Counted from the stretch's first letter, positions 38,558-53,592 are shown. The stretch: 64,000 bases of DNA from Octopus vulgaris (GCA_951406725.2 OX597823.1:104904001-104968000), one strand, 5' to 3'. Notes: generated from the sequence alone by a model not told the origin. A program made the numbers and translations.

Positions 38558-38975
38558 GCAGGTGTGGCTGTGAGGTAAGAAGTTTGCTTTCCAACCACAT
38601 GGTTCCAGGTTCAGTCCCACCTTGGATAAATACCTTTTACTATAGCTCACGGCTGACCAAAGCCTTGAGAGTGAATTTGGTAGATAGAAAGTGAAGGAAG
38701 GATGCTGCATGTATGTATGTGTGTGTGAGCTTGTGTCCCCTTGTCTTGACATTGTGTGATAGGTGTAAATGAGTGTCACTGACATACCAGTGGTGTCCTT
38801 CATTTCCAATATTCTGCAAAAACATGCCTGGGCAGGAGGGAATATTACCTTGCTTGGAAACAGGTGAGGGTTAGCAACAAGAAGGGCGTCTGGCTGTAGA
38901 AAATCTGCTTCAATAAACTCCGTCCAACCCACATAAGTATGGAAAAATGACGTTAAATGATGATGAAGATGATGA
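38558..38975 (+). mobile_element. chimeric SINE: family-1 head with RTE-derived tail
   Basis: Head as at 51860. Tail GAAGGGCGTCTGGCTGTAGAAA...GACGTTAAATGATGATG matches the RTE 3' end. Confidence 0.75.
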
Positions 38976-40242
38976 TGACAATGTAAAGAATCAGAACAAT
39001 ACCGCAAGGCCTTTTGTATGATACTCAATTCACTGCTATTGACAGCACAAGGCCAGCAATTTCGAGGAGAGGTGAAGTATTGTTAAAAACTTGCTCACTT
39101 TCATTGAAGTTCACTACATCAGTCATAACCAATCATCCAATTCTGATTGGTCGAGCGATATTTGCATTGGCATTAATGCCTTTTTGGCAACAATGCCTTT
39201 TATGGTGATGTAGTGGACCATAGTCTTCAGCTGGGAAAATCAGAGAACAATAAATGAAAACTCAATAGGAACTACACCACAGCGTTCTTTTGTACATTAT
39301 TCTAATAATCATACTAGAGTACCTTCCAAATTAATAATTATAATAAAATGGTTTCTGAAGAAGATACACAAAGTCACAAATTTGTGCCCAGTAAAATGTG
39401 CTGAGACAAAAGGTATGAGACTAATGATGTAAAACAAGAAAACCTTGTTGCTACTTTTGTTTGAGTAAAGCTCACCTAAAAGCCCTCAAAAAACCGGAAA
39501 TATTAAGTGAAAATGAGGAACATAGAAATAACAAAGAATAGCAGCAAAAAGAACAAAAGACTCCCAGATACCAGAGCACCCTGGCCAATACTCTGGGGAT
39601 AGCAAAGGAAATGTCATAATGTCCAGTATCTTAAATAGGTTAGCAAGTGCCTCATTCCTTTAGAGTGCAAGCTCTAGGACCCTACCTTTATCATGTGAAG
39701 GGGAAGAAGTAATAATTACAGAGGGACATTTCTGTCAGTGGACATACAAAAAGAAAAAGGAGGGAAGGAAAAAAACATAGAAGAAGGAAGACTTAATATA
39801 AAACTATGGAAGCAGAAGAGGAACAATTTCCTCTAAATAAAAACCGACACCTTAGGAGAATAAGGAAGAAAATGAAAAGAATGAACATGAATAAAGCTTT
39901 GTCATTCTTCAAAAATCAAACAGACAGTTTATAGGCAACAAAAACATTTGTGGTGCCACGGATTTTCTGAAGAAATTAGAAAGAGACACAAAAACAGTTA
40001 AATCCAGAATATATGCAACGGTGAAAAATACAGATTACTAGTGGTGTTATATGTATGTATGTGTATGCATGTGTCCAGACATGTGTGTTTGTGTGTGTGT
40101 ATGTGTGTGTGTAGTCTGTCATATATTGCATAACATCTTTCACTTCTCTTTTCGTGTTTATGTCTTCTGTTTATTTGTAACCCTTTGAGAAAGTGTCATA
40201 CTTTTTGTAGCTCTTCGATCTCTTGTGGCTTTCAAAGAAAAG

Positions 40243-40295
<53 letters not shown>

Positions 40296-41639
40296 TACGA
40301 TCATTATTATTATTATTACTATTATTATTGCTACACTTGTCATACTGTTCTCACCTCCAGTATCCCAAAGATAATGGAAATAGTCATGAATAATCACTTC
40401 TATTACTTTGAATCTATGTATATATAATATAAATACACACACTGTCTCTCTCTTCCCTCTTACACAGACATACTCACACACACACACACACAAAATAATG
40501 TCCAAATATATACATCCATGTGATTACTACTTTATCAAGTCAAATGATAGCGATCCCATTATTCATGGCTCAGTCAAAATCCATTCACTGTCACACTCTT
40601 GTGTGTTCCAAGGTGAATCTTAAGACCAGGTTTGAAACAAAACATATTTGATAGACAAAACTCAGCACCCCTAAAGGATTGATTGTTGGTCAATGGAATG
40701 GCATAATTTTATTAAAAAAAAAAAGAAACTGAACAAGATGAGGTGATGAGACATGTGTATATCATTTGGCTATCGGGATATACTGTATGCTACTATTTAC
40801 AAGGACATTTATACCACACTTTAAGTATCCACTTAAATATCTGGTGACAAACTAGAGCAAGACCAAATGATTGGTAAATATGTCAGCCACAGGTTTAATC
40901 TGAGAGGGTCTTCTCCAAGACTTTTCTAATAAAAGGATATCCACAAACTAGTAGAATTTGATTTGAAAGTTTTCTTTCTCCAACTAGTTTTACTATATGC
41001 CCACAAATAAACGTGCATTTCTGTAACCATGAATACTGGACTATATTTTGGATGGTATTAGCTGCACTACAGTTTCAGCTGCACATATTCAGAGAAAAAT
41101 GCTTTTAGTGCATAAAAGCATGTAATAGAGACTGAATTCCTCATATACGGCCCAGAGAGATGTTTTGAAACATATTTTTTGTAGAAAAAGAGCTTCTTCA
41201 TATGATCAAATATGATACATATATACACCCCTCACCCCACCATATATATATATATATTTATATATATATTCCATCATCATCATCATCATCATCTTTATCT
41301 TTTAAAATCCATTTGCTATAGTGGAATGGGCTGGACAATTTTGCTGGATTCAACAGGTCAGAGGACTGCATCATTCTCCAATGCCTGCTTTAGCATGGTT
41401 TCAATGACTGGATGTCCTTTCTAATACCAACCATTTTACAGAGTGTACTGCATGTCTTTTTCATGGTACTAGCACTTGAGAATTTGCAGGGAGCAAAATT
41501 TATTCTAGTTAATAAAAAGCTTGAGTACAAAGGGGCCATACTGGGATGCTGCCTTGAAGAGTTTGGTCAATCAGTTAGGATAATACTTATTTCTTGTGAA
41601 GTCCCAGTCAATACAAACTGTACAATATATACATACATG

Positions 41640-42352
41640 AAAATGATGCTGTCCACTCATAACTGAGAAAGATCATCATTGACTGCTGCCCGTGCAAATG
41701 CCAGCAATACCCATGCATGAGATTATTGCACCAACAGTTGGGTTTACCCAAGTTCACATCCATAGCTTCCATGCTCATTATGGCACCCTCTTACATGACA
41801 GGGCACCAATATGCCAGCGATTGCACAACCTAAAGTTTAAGGTCCAATAAGGCTTCTACAGTACTTCACAGATCTTGTCCACCCTACTGACATGATCCAT
41901 TGACAAGTCAGAGCAAGATATCCAGCACCAATATTGGTTGCAGGCTCTGGGATATGGGAGCACCATGATGTCAAGTGCAAACAAAAGATACACAAAACGT
42001 TCAATGCCATTCCCTACATATCAGATTTTATATCAGTGACCTTCTCCTGGAGACATGCTTTATCAAAAGCTAAGAGGTGTTTCTCTCCCAGTGGTCTTCC
42101 AGTATATCAGATACCAGTCTGGAATTTCTGAGGGTCCATGCTGTTTCTAGATAATTGTTGAACCTGCTCTAGGTTCATCTGTCCTTTTGGTAGGTCATAT
42201 TTTAAAACTTGCTGGGATTCTAGCAATGCTCCTCACCAGGCAAACCTAGTACAGGGTGCCAGTTTAGTTGCTGATAACCCAACCATGCAGCAGGTTGTAC
42301 TGGATTCCATGTTGCAAGCTGCACTCATGAGAGACCTCACAAGTGACCTGTC
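41640..42352 (-). mobile_element. non-coding interspersed repeat, homologous to 54418-55050
   Basis: Colinear over ~600 bp. The head is also shared with 42590-43145. Confidence 0.75.
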
Positions 42353-42589
42353 ATATGTATGTATGTATGTACCTACCTACCTACATACACACGTACATAT
42401 ATACATACATACACTCATACATACATACATACATACATACATACATACATACATACATACATACATACATACATACATACATACATACATACATTCATAA
42501 AATACATACATACATACATACATACATACACATACATATATACATACATACATAATTCATATATGCATACATACATACATACATACATA

Positions 42590-43145
42590 CATGGTGGCTG
42601 CCCCCTTGTTATCGAGTATGGCCATTGCACAAAGCTTAATCAATGTTGTTATCATGCAATGCCTGTGCAAGAAGATTTTTTTTTTTAAAGCGAGGAAAGG
42701 CTGTGCACTGAGTCAATCCCACTCACTAAGCAACAGCAGCCATAATCCGAAAAGAACAAGTCAACATCATCGGTAACCACTGAGCCACAGGTTTTATGCC
42801 AGAGTTATCCCAGTTACCTGAGTTATCATCTCCTAGAAGGATGCCCTATCAAAGGCTAGGAGTCCTTCACTCCCAATGATTTAATCACGCGATCGGGTAT
42901 TCAGTCCGATTATTTCTATGTCCCCGCGCATGATACAGCTTTAAGACATTTATTGGATGGCCGTTGACTCTCAAGAGTTCCTCCGCCCTTTGACGGGTTT
43001 TGTTTTTCATCCCGCAGGGTGACCAATAAACACCCTCCTCACCAAGCGAGCTTGGTGGGGTTGCCGGTTTAGTCGCTGACGACCTGACCATGCAACAGGT
43101 AGTACTGGGTTACATGTTACAAGTAGCACTCGAAAGTGACCTGAC
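42590..43145 (-). mobile_element. short element embedded in (CATA)n; probable non-autonomous RTE-like derivative
   Basis: Head CAGGTCAC...CATGGTCAGGTCGTCAGCGACTAAACC...GGTGAGGAGGG...GTCAAAGGG is shared with the 41640 and 54418 copies. (TATG)n at both ends. Confidence 0.6.
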
Positions 43146-43166
43146 ATACATACATACATACATACA

Positions 43167-43200
<34 letters not shown>

Positions 43201-44566
43201 CATACACACATAATTCATATATGCATACATATTTACATCATACATACCTAAATACATACATACATATATATCATCATTGCTAATATCTCTCTCTCCCTCT
43301 TCCCATTTACTGAAATTTAGCTCCTTAATCCCAATACATATACCAATGTCTAAGGGTACCCCTGTGAGAAAATAAACTGACTTACTATCATAAATCAGAA
43401 ATAATATTGATTTCTCTCGTGAATACAGATTTGAACTCCGAACTAAATACCACAACTAACACAACACAAAGCATTTTGTTCTGTGCTTTACGTGTTCTGA
43501 CAATCTATCACCTTTAATATATATTAAAAAGGGCTTTAATATATATTAAAAATGTGGGATCAGTGCTTGTGGTGGTAGGGGTAGGGGATTATTGGGATGT
43601 TAGTGGATGTGGTTGTGGTTATGATGGTGGTGATGGTGATTGTAATGGTGGTGGAGTGGTAGGGATGGTTGTGATTGTAGTGATGGTGATGGTGTTTGTG
43701 GTGATGGTGGGGTGGCAGTGGTAGCGGTGGTTGTGGTGGTTGTGGTTGTGGTTTTGGTTTTGGTGGTGATGATGGTGATGTTGATAATGATGATGAGGAA
43801 GAGGAAGACCATTATAGTGATGGTGGTTGTAGCTTTGGTGGTGGAGGTTTCAGTGTTGGTGATGGGAGAATGGTAGTGTGATGTGGTAGAGGTGGTAGTG
43901 GAGGTTGTGGTAGTGATTATGGTGGTGGTTGCAGCGGTGGTGGCAGAGATACTCAATATTCAAGACAGCAACAACAAAAACAAAGCCAAGTCAACAAAAA
44001 AACCTCTATATGGCTGCTCGTCCTGTTAGAAATAACTAGAAAATCTCCCTCAAATTGAACTCAACTATTTCAGAAAATGAAGGACACATTAGTAAATGTA
44101 GTCTAAGATACATAATCCAAGATATATTGACCAGACTGTAACAACCAGAAGAATTCTATGGTAGGTTCACACAACTGGGAATTATTTGGTAGATAAACAT
44201 CTTCAACAACAAAAGAGTCTTTGTACAGTTAATTGTCCTGCTAGAAAGAGTAGCCAAAACCTTTTGAGTTAAGTTTTACAATGTTTAGATGATGAGGTCC
44301 AATAATACTAAAACATATCCACAGTTTTCTCCCCTATGATCAAAGATTTTCTGAAGCATGTAAATTAATTTTGTGAAATTATTTCTTGATTTCTTGAACT
44401 TATTTTCTCTCCCTCTGACAGCTGCTAACAATAACCTCTAAGGACTTATTTTTTGTAAGCCTAGTACTTATTCTATCGGTCTCTTTTAACGAACTGCTAA
44501 GTTATGGGGACGTAAACACACTAGCATCAGTTGTCATGCGATGTTGTGGGGACAAACACAGACACA

Positions 44567-44600
<34 letters not shown>

Positions 44601-44635
44601 TGGAGTTGAACGAAGGTGTTATTCAAATTCTTTTA

Positions 44636-44721
44636 CTTTTGACAAATGTTTCGAAGACAACATTGGTTTCATTCCAAAGGAATAAATGGTGTAAAATAAT
44701 GTAATCTTTTCATCAGGAAAG
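44636..44721 (-). ncRNA. degenerate hammerhead ribozyme motif
   Basis: ctttc-CTGATGA-aaaga...tcttc-GAAAC-ATTT-GTC-aaaag, with single mismatches at the bases of stems I and II. Confidence 0.6.
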
Positions 44722-44760
44722 AAAGAGAACATATCTCAACAGCAAGACATTATAACAATA

Positions 44761-47147
44761 AGACCAAAGACTTGAGGTATTTCGTGTTGCAAGACAGTGT
44801 GTGAGAGAAAATCGTGATGTAGGAGAGAAATGTGTCCGCATGGATGATGGTTCTCTTGCACTAAATGAGACTGCAAAGAGAGAGGTTTGGAGACACCACT
44901 ATGAAACGTTGCTCAATAAAGAAAATGAATGAGAGAAAGAGAGTCTGCTGAATGTCGACCCAATATAAGGACTAGCTTTCCGAGTTGACAGTACCTTGGT
45001 AGATAAAGCAATTAAGAGTATGAAGACAGGGAAAGGCCCCGGCCCATCAGGAATTACTGCAGAGATGCTCAAAATATCTGGCAGTGTTGGCTATAGCCTA
45101 GTCACTTGTATAGTTAACCAGGTGATGCACGAAGGAGTCATACCCAATGACTGGTGTAGCAGCATAATAGTCAACTGCTACAAAGGTAAAGGTGACGCTT
45201 TAGATACAAATAATTCTAGAGGTATCAAGCTGTTGGATCAGGTAATGAAGGTTACAGAGAGGGTCATAGCCCAACTGATTAGGGAGAGAGTCAGCTTGGA
45301 TGAGATGCAGTTTGGTTTTGTACCAGGGAAAAGCACCACTGATGCTATATTCCTGGTAAGACAGCTGTAGGAGAAATACCTAGCCAAAGATAAACCTCTG
45401 TACCTGACATGGAGAAAGCTTTTTACAGGGTCTCCTGATCCCTTATCTGGTGGTCAATGAGGAAACTAGGGATAGATGAATGGTTAGTGAGATCTGTGCA
45501 AGCTATATACATAGATGCTGTCAGTAAGGTGAGGGTTGGCAACAAGTACAGTGAAGAATTCCGGGTAGAGGTAGGGGTCCACCAAGGTTCAGTCCTCAGC
45601 CCCCTCCTATTTATCATAGTCATCCAGGCAATACTAGAGGAAATCAAGAAAGGATGCCCCTGGGAGCTCCTCTATGCTGACAACCTTGCTCTAATTGCTG
45701 AGTCACTATCACAACTAGAGGAATAGTTTCAGGTGTGAAAACAAGGTCTAGAATTGAAGGGCCTTAGAGTCAACCTAGTTAAAACAAAAGTCCTAATAAG
45801 TAGGAAGGCAGGCAAACCACAAATCCCTTCAGGTAGAGGGCTCTGCTCGATCTGTAGAAAAGGCATAGGTAGAAACTCTATAAGATGTACCAAGTGTAAG
45901 CTATGGACACATAAGAGGTGCAGCAATATCAAAGGAAGGCTAACTGGGAAAATAGCTTTTGTATGTGGCAGATGCTCAGGAGCAATAAACACTGAAAATG
46001 TGCAGAGAACAACTTCCATCACATTACAGGGAGAAAAACTAGAAGCAGTTGATAGCTTCCATTACCTAGGTGACCAAGTCAGTAGTGGGGGTGGATGCTC
46101 TGAAAGTGTAGCTGCTAGAATAAGAATAGCCTGGGCAAAGTTCAGAGAGCTCTTACCTCTGCTGGTGACAAAAGCCTATCACTCAGAGTAAAAGGTAGAC
46201 TGTATGACACATGTGTACAAACAGCCATGCTACATGGCAGTGAAACATGGGCTGTGACTGCTGAAGACATGTGTAAGCTTGCAAGGAATGAAGCTAGTTT
46301 GCTCCGATGGATGTGTAATGTCAGTGTGCATACTTAACAGAGTGTAAGTACCTTGAGAGAAAAGTTGGATCTAAGAAGCATCAGATGTAGTGTGTAAGAG
46401 AGACGACTGCACTGGTATGACCATGTGGTGAGAATGGATGTGGACAGCTGGGTGAAAAAGTGTCACACTCTAGTGGTTGAGGGAACCTGTGGAAGAGATG
46501 GTGAAGCATGACCTTTGAACATTGGGCCTCACCGAGGCAATGATTAGTGACTGGGACCTCTAGAAATATGCTGTGCGTGAGAAGACTCAGCAAGCTCATG
46601 TGAGACCATAATCTTGTGGCCTATGCCAGGGGTGTAACTAGCCCACTTATGCATAACTTTCTTTCATTGGACATTAAACTCTGCTTGCGAAGACCTATTG
46701 AGTCAAGTGAAATCAAAATCGAAATCGAAATCAAATTTGATGACTGGCATCCATGCTAGTGGAGTGCTAAGAGCACCATACAAGTGTGATTGTTGCCAGA
46801 GTAACAAGCTGGCCTCTGTGCCGGTGGCACATAAAAGACACCATTTGAACATGATTGTTATCTGTGTCGCCTTACTGGCACTTGTGCTGTTGGTATGTGT
46901 AAAAGAATTCAAGCGAGGTCATTGCCAGTACCGCCTGACTGGTCCTTGTGCCAGTGGCACATAAAAGCACCCACTACACTCTCAGAGTGGTTGGCGTTAG
47001 GAATGGCATCCAGCCGTAGAAACTTTGCCAGATCAGATTGGTGTCTGGTGCAGCCATTTGGTTCGCCAGACCTCAGTCAAATCGTCCAACCCATGCTAGC
47101 ATGGAAGGCGGATGTTAAACAATGATGATGATGATGATGATGATGAC
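44761..47147 (+). mobile_element. 5'-truncated RTE LINE, pseudogenised (same family as 31478-33510)
   Basis: KTGKGPGPSG, RT motifs, PHD finger at 45844-45975, stops and frameshifts, 3' UTR, (ATG)n. Confidence 0.95.
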
Positions 47148-47309
47148 ATTCACCCACAAGGATTTGATAGGCCTGGGGATATAGTAGAAGATATTTTTAT
47201 CCTTTACTTGCTTCAGTGGGATTGAACTTGGATCCATGTGATTGGGAAGTGAACTTCTTACCACACAGCCACGCTTGTACCTATTACTATCATTTATTGC
47301 AATGAAGTC

Positions 47310-47412
47310 TACCACCACCACCACCATCACCATCACCATCACCATCACCATCACCATCACCACCACCACCATCACCACCACCATCACCATCACCATCACT
47401 ATCACCACCACC

Positions 47413-47444
<32 letters not shown>

Positions 47445-48530
47445 CAACAACAATACCATCCACCACCTCCACAATTAACGCCACCAACACCACCACTCCT
47501 ATCATCATCATCACTACCATTATGACATCATCATCATCATCACTATCACAAGCATTAGCTCTGCAACCACCACCACCATTACCAACAACATCACCATCAC
47601 TATTAGCATGGCCATCACTACTGCTACCAGCATGGCACCACCATCACCATCACCACCATCACACCCACCATCATTTCTTCTCTCATTTATGATACCATTG
47701 CCGTCACAAAAAACACCACCACTGCCACCACCACCACCACTACCACCACCTACACAATACTCACAAGCACTATCACAACACTACCTGCCACCACCACTAC
47801 CACCACCACCACCACTTGACTGCTACTCCTCACCGCTGCTGCTGCTGCTGCTGCTGCTGTTGCTACATCTGTTGTCCATTGCGATTATAAATGATACAGT
47901 CGCAGCTTCTACTAATGCAACTGATGATAACGATTACAATGATGGTGATGATGATGATGATGACAACGATGACGACATTGCTTCTGCTGCTACTGAAAAT
48001 GATGATGATGATGATGGTGATGGTGATAATGATGCTGTTGCTGTTGCTGCTGCTGCTGATGTGAATGCTGATGATGATGATGCTGACGACAATGATGATG
48101 TTGATGCTGACGATGATGATGATGATGATGACGACAACGATACTGCTGCTGCTGCTGCAACTGATGATGATGATGATGATGAGGAAGATGATAGTGAGGA
48201 TGACGACAACGATGGTTTTGATGATGACAATAAAACGATGATGATGATGATGATGATGGTGGTGATGGTGGTGATGATGAAGATAATGATTATTATGATG
48301 ATGATGATGAAGATGATGATTATTATTATTATGATGATGATGATGATGATTATGATGATGATAATGGTGATGATGACGATGATGATGATGATGGTGATGA
48401 CGACGGTGATGATGATGATGGTGATGATAATGGTGATGCTGCTGTTGTTGCAGCTAAACATTCTGCTACTAGTGCAGTTGCTCTTACTGTTGCTGCTGTT
48501 GCTAGTGCTACTGCTACAACAGCAGCAGTT
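47310..48530. repeat. compound trinucleotide array (CAC/CAT then GAT/GCT)
   Basis: Seen directly. Further arrays at 17655-17795, 35040-35190, 43600-43945, 49930-50157 and 50640-50775. Confidence 0.95.
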
Positions 48531-48680
48531 GTTTGGGGTGTGTTGGTCAGGCCGACGATAGTGGTGATGACAGAAGGGTTTCGTTTACCCCCCCCAGGTC
48601 AGCTTTAACTGAGCAGATCTCTCCTCAAAAAGAACCATCCCTTCTGTTTCCATCTGTGGCCATACCATCTTTATATATAT

Positions 48681-49173
<493 letters not shown>

Positions 49174-49200
49174 TATACATATATACATATACATATACAT

Positions 49201-49235
<35 letters not shown>

Positions 49236-49929
49236 TATATATATATATACGTATATATATATATGTATATATATATACATACATATATACATACACATAC
49301 ACACACACACATACACATACACACACACACATACACACACACACACACATATATATATCTAGGAATATATTAACCAATGTGTCAGTGATTTTTAGTTTTA
49401 GGACAGCAGGTTGTGATTTGAAGGAATTTAGCTGTTATTTCTGGAAGGTTGAGCAACCACGTAGAAGCTCCTTTGTTGATAATGATGGTAGTTGTACACT
49501 GATCATTGCAGTGGTGATAGTGCTGGTGGTGTTGGGGGTGTTGGGGGTGGCGGTGGTGGTGGTGGTGGTAGTGGTTGTGGTGGTTGTGATAGTGGTGGTG
49601 GTGGTGGAAATGGCAATGTTGTCAGCAGAGGTAGTGATGGTATTGATGGTCGGTGATACTTTTGTTGTTATTGTTATTGGTTAGTCAAAGTTATCTCTGA
49701 CAGAGCAAACCTATAATCATATACCAGCCATGACCATCCTGTGTTCTTAGTGGCATATAGTACTACTTTAACCGATACATCATTTTCATATCCCAAGGAA
49801 CAGTGTGTGAGTGGGAGAGATTTGGCTGGTGTTTCTAGCAGATCTATTAACCACACAAAAACTCCTAGTGTTGATGTAGTTGCTGTGTTGCGTCTGATGG
49901 GGCTGTTGTTGGTGTAGTTGATAATAACA

Positions 49930-49981
<52 letters not shown>

Positions 49982-50057
49982 GCATGATGAGCATGATGAT
50001 GTTGATGATGATGATGATGATAATGATAATGATGATGATGACGACGACGACGACGAC

Positions 50058-50091
<34 letters not shown>

Positions 50092-50452
50092 GTGACAATG
50101 ATGATGATGACGATGAGGATAATGATGACGATGATGACGATGATGACGATGATGATGTCCGTGCCATTAATTCTGTTATAAATTCTGCTGTTGCTGCTAA
50201 TGTAATTTGCTACAGCTTTTGGGTTTTTTCTTTTTTATCTCTTAGTCAGGAGGGAAGGGTAGAACCTACCTTCAGCATTGGTGTCAAGGTAACATGAGGT
50301 CTCCTGAAAGCAGGGATTTGACCTGAATGCTTACAACTAAGTGGATTCCACTAAAAGTACTCAAGGACCAGGTGATGCTGTTAAACCAGGTGACACAACA
50401 GGCTTTACTAAAAATTTCAAAAACATCTTGGGGTCGGTACTGATTAGATAAT

Positions 50453-50642
50453 ACAGTTCTATATTTAAGAGATGAGGAATTATTTACATTATTTACATTA
50501 TTTACATTTGACGGATATTTGACCTCATCTTGTTTGTTGTCAACATAACATTTCGGCTGATATACCCTCCAGCCTTCATCAGGTGTCTTCGGGAAATTTT
50601 AAACCTGGTTTCTCATTCCTAAGATATTTTTCGATGTTGTTG

Positions 50643-50691
<49 letters not shown>

Positions 50692-50711
50692 CATTATTAT
50701 TATTATTATTA

Positions 50712-50778
<67 letters not shown>

Positions 50779-50879
50779 ACCCGCGCTGTTAACCACTATG
50801 CCATATGGTGTAGTAGTTAAGAGCATGGGCTACTAACCCCAAGATTCCTAGTTCGATTCCAGGCAGTGACCTGAATAAT
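50453..50879 (-). mobile_element. element with tRNA-like head, (AAT)n spacer and minimal hammerhead
   Basis: Hammerhead at 50542-50587. Head-to-head tRNA-like heads centred on 50804/50805. B box GTTCGATTCC at 50851-60. Confidence 0.65.
50542..50587 (-). ncRNA. minimal hammerhead motif (loopless stem III)
   Basis: gacac-CTGATGA-a-ggctg...cagcc-GAAATGTT-atgtt. The two-copy consensus with 38176-38225 gives GAAAC-GTT-gtgtt, pairing with gacac. Confidence 0.6.
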
Positions 50880-51223
50880 CATGAGATGTTTCCTACATCA
50901 GCTCTTCTAAATTCACATCAGCCCAATATTTTATTCCTCTTTCATTTGCTTCCATCACTGACATTGTGTACTGGATACACACAACAGACACACACACAGA
51001 AATACACATGCACACACACACATGCATGCACACACACACACACACACATTTAGTGTGGTCAAGAAGCTTACTTCCCAATAATGTGGTCTTGGGCTCAATC
51101 CCATCATATTGCACCATTCTTATTTCAATACATATACATACATACATATATATATATATGTGTGTGTGTATATATATATATGTGTATATATATGTATATA
51201 TATATGTATATATATATATATCA

Positions 51224-51256
<33 letters not shown>

Positions 51257-51259
51257 CAG

Positions 51260-51291
<32 letters not shown>

Positions 51292-51298
51292 GTATATA

Positions 51299-51406
<108 letters not shown>

Positions 51407-51499
51407 CATATACGTATATGTATATGTATATATATGTGATGTATGGATTTAACTAATCTGGGGTACTCATAAAAATCTCTTTTAACGGATCAGGTTTCT

Positions 51500-51732
51500 T
51501 ATTTCTTTATTGCCCACAAGGGGCTAAACACAGAGGGAGCAAGCAAGGACAGAATAAAGGATTAAGTCAATTACATCGACCTCAGTGTGTAACTGGTACT
51601 TAATTTATCGACCCTGCAAGGATGAAAGGCAAAGTTGACCTTGGCAGAATTTGAACTCAGATGGTAAAGACAGACGAAATACCGCTAAGCATTTCACCCG
51701 GCATGCTAACGTTTCTGCCAGCTTGCCGCCTT
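51500..51732 (-). mobile_element. SINE family 2 with TSD
   Basis: Flanked by TTTA(AC/CT)GGATCAGGTT at 51481 and 51731. Confidence 0.92.
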
Positions 51733-51859
51733 TACTGGATCAGGTTACCAACCACCAAAACAAAAGAAAGGAATGTAATTTATAGTCTTATATGGTTGGA
51801 ATCCAGTGAATCCTAATGGTACTGATTATATCATGATGAGTATATAAAATATAAAGAAA

Positions 51860-52272
51860 GGTGCAGGAGTGGATGTGTGGTAAGTAGCTTGTTTACCAAC
51901 CACATGGTTCCGGGTTCAGTTTCATTGCGTGGCACCTTATGCAAGTGCCTTCTACTATAGCCTCGGGCTGACCAAAGCCTTGTGAGTGGATTTGGTAGAC
52001 AGAAACTGAAAAGAAGCCCATCGTATATATGTATATGTATATATATATGTGTGTGTATATGTTTGTGTGTCTGTGTTGGTCCTCACAACATCGCTTGACA
52101 ACCGATGCTGGTGTGTTTACATCCCCGTAACTTAGTGGTTCAGCAAAAGAGACCAATAGAATAAGTACTAGGCTTCCAAAGAATAAGTCCTGGGGTCGAT
52201 TTGCTCAACTAAAGATGGTGCTCCAGCATGGATGCAGTCAAATGACTTAAACAAGTAAAAAGAAAGAGTAAA
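51860..52272 (+). mobile_element. SINE family 1, best-preserved full-length copy
   Basis: tRNA-like head (TGGATGTGTGG; GGTTCAGTT), CORE-like GCAAGTG segment, central (TA/TG)n, tail ending AAAAGAAAGAGTAAA. Confidence 0.92.
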
Positions 52273-53167
52273 GGGAGGAGGTATATGATGAATATATTTA
52301 TTCTGTCAGTTGACATTAATATAACGGCAATCATTTCATGTCCTTTATCACATAAAAACAAATTATTTTACTGTATAATGAATAAATAATTTTACATGCT
52401 TTTATTAATTATATATAATATAAATCATATAATACAGTTGTATAATTTATAAATCAATACAGGTAGAAAAAGCTTGCTCGTCAGGTCAAAGAATATCGTA
52501 GTTACTTTCATTCATCAATACAATTCACATATATGCCAAGAAGGGCATCAAAGTCTGCCTCAACGTATACTGGTGGACCTATGCAAGCATGAAAAATGTG
52601 GATGCTAACTGAGAGGATGATCATGAACATCATCATTTAATGTCCATTTTCCATGCTGACGTGGGTTGGATGGTTTGACCTGTGCTGGTAAAGCCAGGAG
52701 CCACAACAGGCTCCATTGTCTGTTCTAACATGGTTTCTAGGGCTGGATGGCCTTCTTGATGTTAACCACTTTACAGAGTGCACTGGGTGCCTTTTTATGT
52801 GGCACCAGCACCAGTGCTCTTAACATGGCACCAGCATGAGTGCTTTTTACACAGCACCTTCACTGGCATCAATTCTGCTGTGGGGGGACAAGTCTTCTTG
52901 ATCACAACGATGTGCCAGATATCTCGGTCCTTTGTCATTGATTGAAAGTCAGTGATCAGCTCTGACGAAACTGTTACAACTTTGACTTCCTATAATGACT
53001 CATAATAATGATTCTTATACTTCTTAATTCCACCTCAAATCATTTATTTGTATGTATATATCCTTGATTTTATTTGAAAGCCATCACTTTTATACCTAAT
53101 GTGCATTTTCTTTGTTTCTTTTTACTTTTTCTCTATGTAGTCTTTTTTCTTTCAAACCTGTTTCTAT

Positions 53168-53199
<32 letters not shown>

Positions 53200-53483
53200 A
53201 ATATATATATAATATATATATATATAATAATATATAATATATATATATATAATATATATATAATATATATATATTGAAGAAATAAAAGGTATAATTATCC
53301 CCTTATGCAGCTCAACTAATTAGTGCACTGATAGAGCCTCAGAAATATAAAACCAAGAAAGTACGAACAAATTTCAAAGGTCAGTGTTCTTATTCACTCG
53401 ATATATTTCAAAGCATCAGAATACTCCACAGCATACATAGGTGCATTCATATACACCAGATATAATATAAAAATTATATATAC

Positions 53484-53562
<79 letters not shown>

Positions 53563-53592
53563 CACATACACTCACACACACATATATATATA

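Noticed and set aside
39080-40030. Possible Crypton end (CTGATTGGTCGAG) or LINE ORF1 remnant
   Set aside because: Only a short motif and purine bias, which is not enough to call.
43025-43070. HDV-like ribozyme suggested by CCTCCTCAC
   Set aside because: I could not build the P1/P3/P1.1 pairings. Only a simple hairpin is supported.
47608-48561. 317-aa ORF and other long low-complexity ORFs (7308-7775, 15946-16413, 33442-34314, 59494-60153)
   Set aside because: These are translations of stop-free microsatellites with no domain content.
52938-52982. Possible hammerhead (GTCAG/CTGAC stem plus GAAAC)
   Set aside because: The CUGANGA core is absent and stems I and III are unconvincing. Half motifs at 4446 and 57275 were also left uncalled.
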